DNA of 64,000 bases from Acidobacteriota bacterium. Lineage in GTDB: Bacteria; Actinomycetota; Acidimicrobiia; Spongiisociales; ZC4RG35. Below the pieces are notes generated by a model. It did not search any database and was not told the DNA's origin. It saw only the letters and a program-made list of their open reading frames with translations. The translations under genes and the position numbers were made by a program. The stretch covers positions 20,216 through 84,215 of the forward strand of contig SMXW01000045.1 in NCBI GenBank assembly GCA_004356805.1, written 5' to 3'. Shown here one piece after another: positions 58,802 through 64,000 of this stretch (within the stretch, counting starts at the first letter, position 1; every line of letters starts with the position of its first letter).

Positions 58802-59589
58802 TGACCGTCCTCAGCAGGTCTCTCCGGGTCGCCGAATCGGAGGCCATCGCGTATCGACGCACATGGCGAGGAACAGTGATCAGCTCCTTCATCAACCCGA
58901 TACTCTTTCTTGCGGCCATGGGCGCGGGTCTCGGCTCTCTGGTCGACAGTGGCAGCGGTGAGCTGGCAGTCCCCTATCTCGCCTTCGTGGCCACCGGGTT
59001 GATGGCGGCTTCCGGCATGCAGAACGGAGCGACCGACGGATCGTTTCCGGTGATGGCGGGAATCCTCTGGCGCAAGAACTTCATCGGTGCGATCAGCACA
59101 CCGATCAGCCCCTCCGACATCATCTACGGACGATTCCTATGGGCCATGCTGCGACTCACGTTTGTGCTTGTCGTGTTTGCGGTGATCGCCGTGCTGTTCG
59201 GCGCAATGGAAATTGGACCGGCTTTGCTGGCCGTCCCACCTGCAGTCCTGACGGGTCTCGGCTTCCTGACGGTCATCACCTCCTGGACCGTGACTCAGAA
59301 GGACGGGCTATCTCTCTCGACACTCTTCAGGTTCGCCATCGTGCCCTTGTTTCTCTTCTCCGGCACGTTTTTTCCAATCAGCCAGCTACCCGGCTTCCTC
59401 CAGCCTGTCGCATATGTGACACCTCTTTTTCACGGTGTCGAGCTTGTCCGCAAGATCGCCCTGCCCGGAGTCGACGCATCAGTGGTCACATCCATCCCGA
59501 TGTGGATCCACTTCGCCTACCTGTTGACCATGGTCGCAGTCGGCCTGTATCTCTCGACCAGGCTCCTCGACAAGAGACTCCGGCCATGA
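58801..59589 (+). CDS. ABC-2 exporter permease
   Basis: 6 TM helices, PLFLFSGTFFP, TPLFH. Confidence 0.9.
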   Translation: MTVLSRSLRVAESEAIAYRRTWRGTVISSFINPILFLAAMGAGLGSLVDSGSGELAVPYLAFVATGLMAASGMQNGATDGSFPVMAGILWRKNFIGAISTPISPSDIIYGRFLWAMLRLTFVLVVFAVIAVLFGAMEIGPALLAVPPAVLTGLGFLTVITSWTVTQKDGLSLSTLFRFAIVPLFLFSGTFFPISQLPGFLQPVAYVTPLFHGVELVRKIALPGVDASVVTSIPMWIHFAYLLTMVAVGLYLSTRLLDKRLRP

Positions 59590-60395
59590 GCGTCTCCGCC
59601 CCTTCCCGAATCTCGGGGATCGGTCGATTGACTCCGTTCCGCGCTCAGCGGATCTGGGAGCACAACTACATCGCCTACCGGCGGCTCTGGAAGGTTGTGT
59701 TCAGCGGGTTTTTCGAACCGGTCTTCTATCTGTTCTCGGTCGGCGTAGGGATCGGAGCACTTGTCGGCGACGTGTCAGGTCCCGGCGGTGTGCCAGTTTC
59801 TTACGCCGCCTTCGTGGCACCCGCCTTGATGGCGGCGTCGGCGATGAATGGCGCAGTAATCGAGACGACCTTCAACATTTTCTTCAAGCTCCGATTCCAG
59901 AACGTCTACGAGGGAATCCTGACCACGCCGATGCAACCGGCGGACATTGCGATCGGGGAGATCGGTTGGGCCCTGCTGCGAGGAGTCCTCTACTCGTCGA
60001 CCTTCATCATCGTGATGGTTGTGATGGGTTTGACGACATCGTGGCTGGCGATCCTCGCCATCCCAGGCTCGGTCCTCGTCGGGTTCGCCTTCGGCGCCGT
60101 CGGCCTGGCCGCCACCACCTACATGAGGTCGTGGCAGGACTTCGATCTGGTCACTCTTGCCACCATGCCCATGTTCCTCTTCTCGGGAACCTTTTATCCG
60201 CTCGACGTCTACCCGCCGGCTATCCAATTGGTCGCCAAGATCTCACCGCTTTATCACGGAACCGAGCTGCTCAGGGGTTTCACGCTTGGAGTGTTGGACT
60301 GGACGATGCTCGTTCACGCCCTGTTCCTGCTGGTCATGGGTCTGATCGGGGCAGCCATCGCCAACCGTAGGCTCGACGCAATGCTGCGCAAGTAG
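59586..60395 (+). CDS. ABC-2 exporter permease (second)
   Basis: FFEPVFYL, PMFLFSGTFYP, SPLYH; ATGA overlap. Confidence 0.9.
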   Translation: MSVSAPSRISGIGRLTPFRAQRIWEHNYIAYRRLWKVVFSGFFEPVFYLFSVGVGIGALVGDVSGPGGVPVSYAAFVAPALMAASAMNGAVIETTFNIFFKLRFQNVYEGILTTPMQPADIAIGEIGWALLRGVLYSSTFIIVMVVMGLTTSWLAILAIPGSVLVGFAFGAVGLAATTYMRSWQDFDLVTLATMPMFLFSGTFYPLDVYPPAIQLVAKISPLYHGTELLRGFTLGVLDWTMLVHALFLLVMGLIGAAIANRRLDAMLRK

Positions 60396-60413
60396 TCGAG
60401 AGCCCTCACACCG

Positions 60414-60761
60414 CTAGGTGGTTCCGTCGGAAGGTAGGCCCGGGTCGATGCGGTCCCACAACTCGTGGTCGACCAACGACTCATACTCCGGGTGTTTGTC
60501 GACAAACGCTCTTATAAAGGGGCAAATGGGGATGATCATCCCGCCTTTTGCCTTGACGTCGTCGAGCGCATAGCGAGCGAGCACTGATCCGACACCCTGA
60601 CCGCCAAATCCCAGCTTGATCTCTGTGTGAACGAAGAAATGTCGCCCACCACGGATGTGATATACGGTGTAGCCGGCGACCTTCCCGTCGACTTCGACCA
60701 CGTACCGATCATGTTCGCCATCGTCGTGGACGGTTATCTCGGCGCTGTCGGTCTCGCTCAT
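60414..60761 (-). CDS. GNAT family acetyltransferase (YjdJ-like)
   Basis: HTE....GQGVGS, P.CPF, HPEY. Confidence 0.85.
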   Translation of the reverse strand: MSETDSAEITVHDDGEHDRYVVEVDGKVAGYTVYHIRGGRHFFVHTEIKLGFGGQGVGSVLARYALDDVKAKGGMIIPICPFIRAFVDKHPEYESLVDHELWDRIDPGLPSDGTT

Positions 60762-60836
60762 GAGTGTAGGCAGCGAACATACAACGAATACGGCTGAGCA
60801 CGCGTCGCCAGCCAAGCTTTAGGCTTCCTACATCTC

Positions 60837-62504
60837 ATGCTTGACCTGACCTTTCCACTCCACGCCCCGCGTGGAAGCAACCTGAACACAAACGGTTGGC
60901 TTCAAGAAGCTGTCCTCCGCTGTCTCCTCAACAATCTTGATCCCGATGTCGCGGAGGACCCGGAGAATCTGATCGTCTACGGCGGGCGGGGCAAGGCAGC
61001 CCGCAACATCGATGCCCTCCATGCCATCGTCGCAACGCTGCAGAGACTCAAGAACGATGAGACGCTTCTAGTGCAATCAGGCAAGCCGGTAGGCGTGTTT
61101 CGGACTCACGACATGGCGCCTCGGGTCCTCATCGCCAACAGCATCCTCGTTCCCCGATGGGCCACTCTCGAACACTTCTGGAAGCTCGAAGCCGAAGGTC
61201 TGATCATGTATGGGCAGATGACCGCAGGCTCCTGGATCTACATCGGAACTCAGGGGATTCTCCAGGGCACGTATCAAACGTTCGTGGCAATCGCAGAGAA
61301 GAGCTTTGGTGGAAGCCTGGCCGGCACACTCACTTTGACAGGTGGCCTCGGCGGCATGGGTGGCGCTCAGCCTCTGGCGATAACCATGAACGGTGGTGTC
61401 GCTTTATGCATCGACGTCGACCCCGGCAGAATCCAACGTCGCCTCGAGACCGAGTATCTCGACGTACTGGCAGACTCGATCGAAGACGCAGTCGACCTTG
61501 CCCTGGTCGCCAAGCGCGACCGCAAGCCACTATCGATTGGCCTTCTGGGGAACGCCGCAGACCTGTTCCCGGAGTTGCTGAGGATCGGCCTAGATGTCGA
61601 CATCGTCACTGATCAGACCTCGGCTCACGACCCACTCCACGGATACATCCCTACCGGCTACAGCCTCGACGAAGCTACCCGGTTGAGGGACGACGACCCT
61701 GACACCTACATCAAGGCTGCCCGGGAGTCGATGGCTACGCAGTGTGAAGCCATGGTGGGCTTCCAAACAGCGGGAGCAGAGGTGTTCGACTACGGCAACA
61801 ATCTCCGCGGGGAAGCGCAGACAGCCGGGTATGACGACGCCTTTTCCTATCCGGGCTTCGTACCCGCTTACATCCGCGATCTCTTTTGCGAAGGTTCGGG
61901 GCCTTTCCGGTGGGTGGCGCTGAGCGGTGACCCGGCCGATATCGCAGCTACCGACGATGCACTGCTGGATCTGTTCCCCGAAAACGATGCCCTGGCACGC
62001 TGGATCCAATTGGCCCACGAAAAGGTTCACTACCAGGGGCTTCCCGCCCGCATCTGCTGGCTTTCCTACGGCGAGCGCCACCTCGCCGGTCTACGTTTCA
62101 ATGACCTCGTCGCCTCCGGTGAGGTCTCGGCGCCGATTGTCATCGGCCGCGACCATCTCGACTCGGGCTCGGTCGCATCCCCATATCGGGAAACCGAGGC
62201 GATGGCCGACGGGTCGGATGCGATTGCGGACTGGCCCATCCTCAATGCCATGCTCAACGTCTCCTCGGGAGCCGCCTGGGTTGCCGTTCACCATGGCGGT
62301 GGGGTCGGAATCGGGAACTCGATCCACTCCGGGGCCCAGGTAGTGGCCGATGGCACAAAACAGGGGGCGTTCCGGGTGGAGCGGGTTCTGACCAACGACC
62401 CGGGAACCGGCGTGATGCGACACGCCGACGCAGGCTACGAGAAGGCCCGGCAGGTCGCCCGAGATCGCGGCGTCGACATTCCCATGCTCGATGCCGATAC
62501 TTGA
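60837..62504 (+). CDS. hutU: Urocanate hydratase
   Basis: [44 protein letters not shown]. Confidence 0.97.
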   Translation: MLDLTFPLHAPRGSNLNTNGWLQEAVLRCLLNNLDPDVAEDPENLIVYGGRGKAARNIDALHAIVATLQRLKNDETLLVQSGKPVGVFRTHDMAPRVLIANSILVPRWATLEHFWKLEAEGLIMYGQMTAGSWIYIGTQGILQGTYQTFVAIAEKSFGGSLAGTLTLTGGLGGMGGAQPLAITMNGGVALCIDVDPGRIQRRLETEYLDVLADSIEDAVDLALVAKRDRKPLSIGLLGNAADLFPELLRIGLDVDIVTDQTSAHDPLHGYIPTGYSLDEATRLRDDDPDTYIKAARESMATQCEAMVGFQTAGAEVFDYGNNLRGEAQTAGYDDAFSYPGFVPAYIRDLFCEGSGPFRWVALSGDPADIAATDDALLDLFPENDALARWIQLAHEKVHYQGLPARICWLSYGERHLAGLRFNDLVASGEVSAPIVIGRDHLDSGSVASPYRETEAMADGSDAIADWPILNAMLNVSSGAAWVAVHHGGGVGIGNSIHSGAQVVADGTKQGAFRVERVLTNDPGTGVMRHADAGYEKARQVARDRGVDIPMLDADT

Positions 62505-63390
62505 TCCGGGTTGGCCTCGCGCCGACGTCTGGCTGGCACAGGAGCATCCGGATCCGGACGTCCTGGTCGTCGGGGTGCCCTCCGCCAAGGCATCGCTGAC
62601 TCCGTCGCGAGCCGACCTGACCCCCTTTGCCCTTCGTGACCGTCTGACTCGGTTCTCCACCTTCCACAGCGAGTGGGGGGCAAACCTCGCTGATGTGACC
62701 GTGCGAGACGTCGGCAACTGGCCGATCTCCGAACTGGACATGCACACGATGCCCGAGGCTGTGACCGAGTTGGCGACCAAACTCCCCAACGTCCCCCTGA
62801 CCCTCTACATCGGCGGTGACAACGCCATCACCCGTCCTCTGGTCGCGGCCATGGCTGGCGATCTGTCTCGAATTGGTGTCATTACCTTTGATGCCCATCA
62901 CGACGTGCGCTCGCTCGACAACGGGCCGACCAACGGGACCCCCATACGTGGTCTGATCGAGGAGAACGGGATTCCGGGGGTCAACGTCGTCCAGATCGGC
63001 ATCCACTCCTTCGCCAATTCGGCGGAGTACAGGGCCTACTGCGACGAAGCAGGGATACAGGTGGTCATCGTCGAGCAGGTGGAGCGCGACGGTATCCGTA
63101 GCGTCGTCGAGAATGTCCTTGCCATCCTGGCCGAGCGATGTGACTCCATCTATGTCGACGTTGACCTCGACGTGCTCGATCGCGTCTTCGCCCCTGCGTG
63201 TCCGGGTGCCAGCCCAGGTGGCTTGACCATCCGCCAGCTAGCCGAGGGCGTTCGCCGGTGTGCCGGTCACCCGAAGGTGCGAGCGATGGATTTTGTCGAA
63301 GTTGATGCCGAAGCGGACACCCATGGCATCACACTCGATTCCACCGCCCACGTTTTACTTTCAGCCGTGGCAGGTTATAGCGAACGCTGA
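62491..63390 (+). CDS. hutG: Formimidoylglutamase (arginase/agmatinase family)
   Basis: GGDN, DAHHD, NGTP, DVDLD, PGG; follows hutU. Confidence 0.75.
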   Translation: MPILDPGWPRADVWLAQEHPDPDVLVVGVPSAKASLTPSRADLTPFALRDRLTRFSTFHSEWGANLADVTVRDVGNWPISELDMHTMPEAVTELATKLPNVPLTLYIGGDNAITRPLVAAMAGDLSRIGVITFDAHHDVRSLDNGPTNGTPIRGLIEENGIPGVNVVQIGIHSFANSAEYRAYCDEAGIQVVIVEQVERDGIRSVVENVLAILAERCDSIYVDVDLDVLDRVFAPACPGASPGGLTIRQLAEGVRRCAGHPKVRAMDFVEVDAEADTHGITLDSTAHVLLSAVAGYSER

Positions 63391-63427
63391 TGCAACCAGA
63401 CGACCGAGCATGGGGTTCTACACACCG

Positions 63428-64000
63428 ATGAACCAGACATTGGCCAACGTCGCTGTTGTGGCCGCCACCGTGGGCACGATCGCCTTTCTCGTTCCACAGA
63501 TCTCGAAGCTGATCCGAACCGGGGACTCAGCCGGTGTCTCGACCACCTGGGCGGCCTTGGGACTGGTCACCAATGTCGGGTGGTTTGCCTACATGATCAA
63601 CCAGAGCCTTTGGGCGGCGATCCTTGCACCGTTTGTCACCATCCTTGCGTACGCGTTGACCATGTGGGCGCTGGTGCGGACCGGGCGCGATCCGAGGAAA
63701 AGCTATCTGGTGGCCGTCGTGTGGGGAGTGCTGTTGATGGCTACGGCTCTTCTCGCGGGCTGGACGACACTCGGCGTCGTTCTCGGCTTGTCCTACGGGG
63801 TGATGCTCACCCCCTCGGTTTGGACCGCATTTCGCACCGCCGACCCGTCCGGAATCTCATCGGGGACCTGGTGGATCGGGATTGCAGAAGCCTTTCTCTG
63901 GGGCTACTACGGATGGTTCCACGCCGACGTCGGGATTCTCACCTTCTCCGTGGTCGGTCTCGTCGGATCCGTGCTGATCCTGGCCCGATACCACTCGACC
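63428..64000 (+). CDS. PQ-loop/SWEET-like membrane protein (3' truncated; not in the ORF track)
   Basis: FLVPQISKLIRTGDSAGVS and a second repeat LTPSVWTAFRTADPSGIS; open to the window end. Confidence 0.75.
   Translation, partial: MNQTLANVAVVAATVGTIAFLVPQISKLIRTGDSAGVSTTWAALGLVTNVGWFAYMINQSLWAAILAPFVTILAYALTMWALVRTGRDPRKSYLVAVVWGVLLMATALLAGWTTLGVVLGLSYGVMLTPSVWTAFRTADPSGISSGTWWIGIAEAFLWGYYGWFHADVGILTFSVVGLVGSVLILARYHST

Noticed and set aside
1..64000. Prophage, IS, integron, defence island, tRNA or rRNA
   Set aside because: No integrase, transposase, phage structural, nuclease-defence or stable-RNA signature was recognised by eye.

Overview
A high-GC bacterial window whose gene set points to Actinomycetota, most likely Acidimicrobiia (inferred from gene content only). 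It has no rRNA, tRNA, CRISPR-cas or transposase. The left half is a respiratory supercluster: a complete nuoA-N operon with a candidate Rex operator, a MenJ-like reductase and rex, and a 7-gene Rieske/cytochrome b6-type operon that includes a 2[4Fe-4S] ferredoxin. Divergent from that operon is a cbb3-like trio. Its CcoN-like subunit keeps the fold motifs but has lost all six heme/CuB histidines and the cross-link Tyr. Its two cytochromes share a ~30-aa N-terminal motif ([IV]PExLxxRSAEAxA...G..V..[VI]L) with subunit IV of the bc complex. The best candidate for an undescribed system is therefore a catalytically dead heme-copper-oxidase scaffold tethered to a ferredoxin-associated bc complex by a shared docking module. 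The right half is housekeeping and accessory: a SAM hydrolase, a Clp1-like kinase, an RsiG homolog with a nearby sigma28/WhiG-type promoter, a MoaD-membrane fusion, acdS, lutABC, a UGA-recoded (Sec) peroxiredoxin-like gene missed by the ORF track, nrdJ with NrdR and DnaA boxes, azlCD, deoD, an ABC-2 exporter and hutU/hutG. There are also several eroded gene remnants and many apparently leaderless promoters. All calls come from motif reading by eye; no database search was run.
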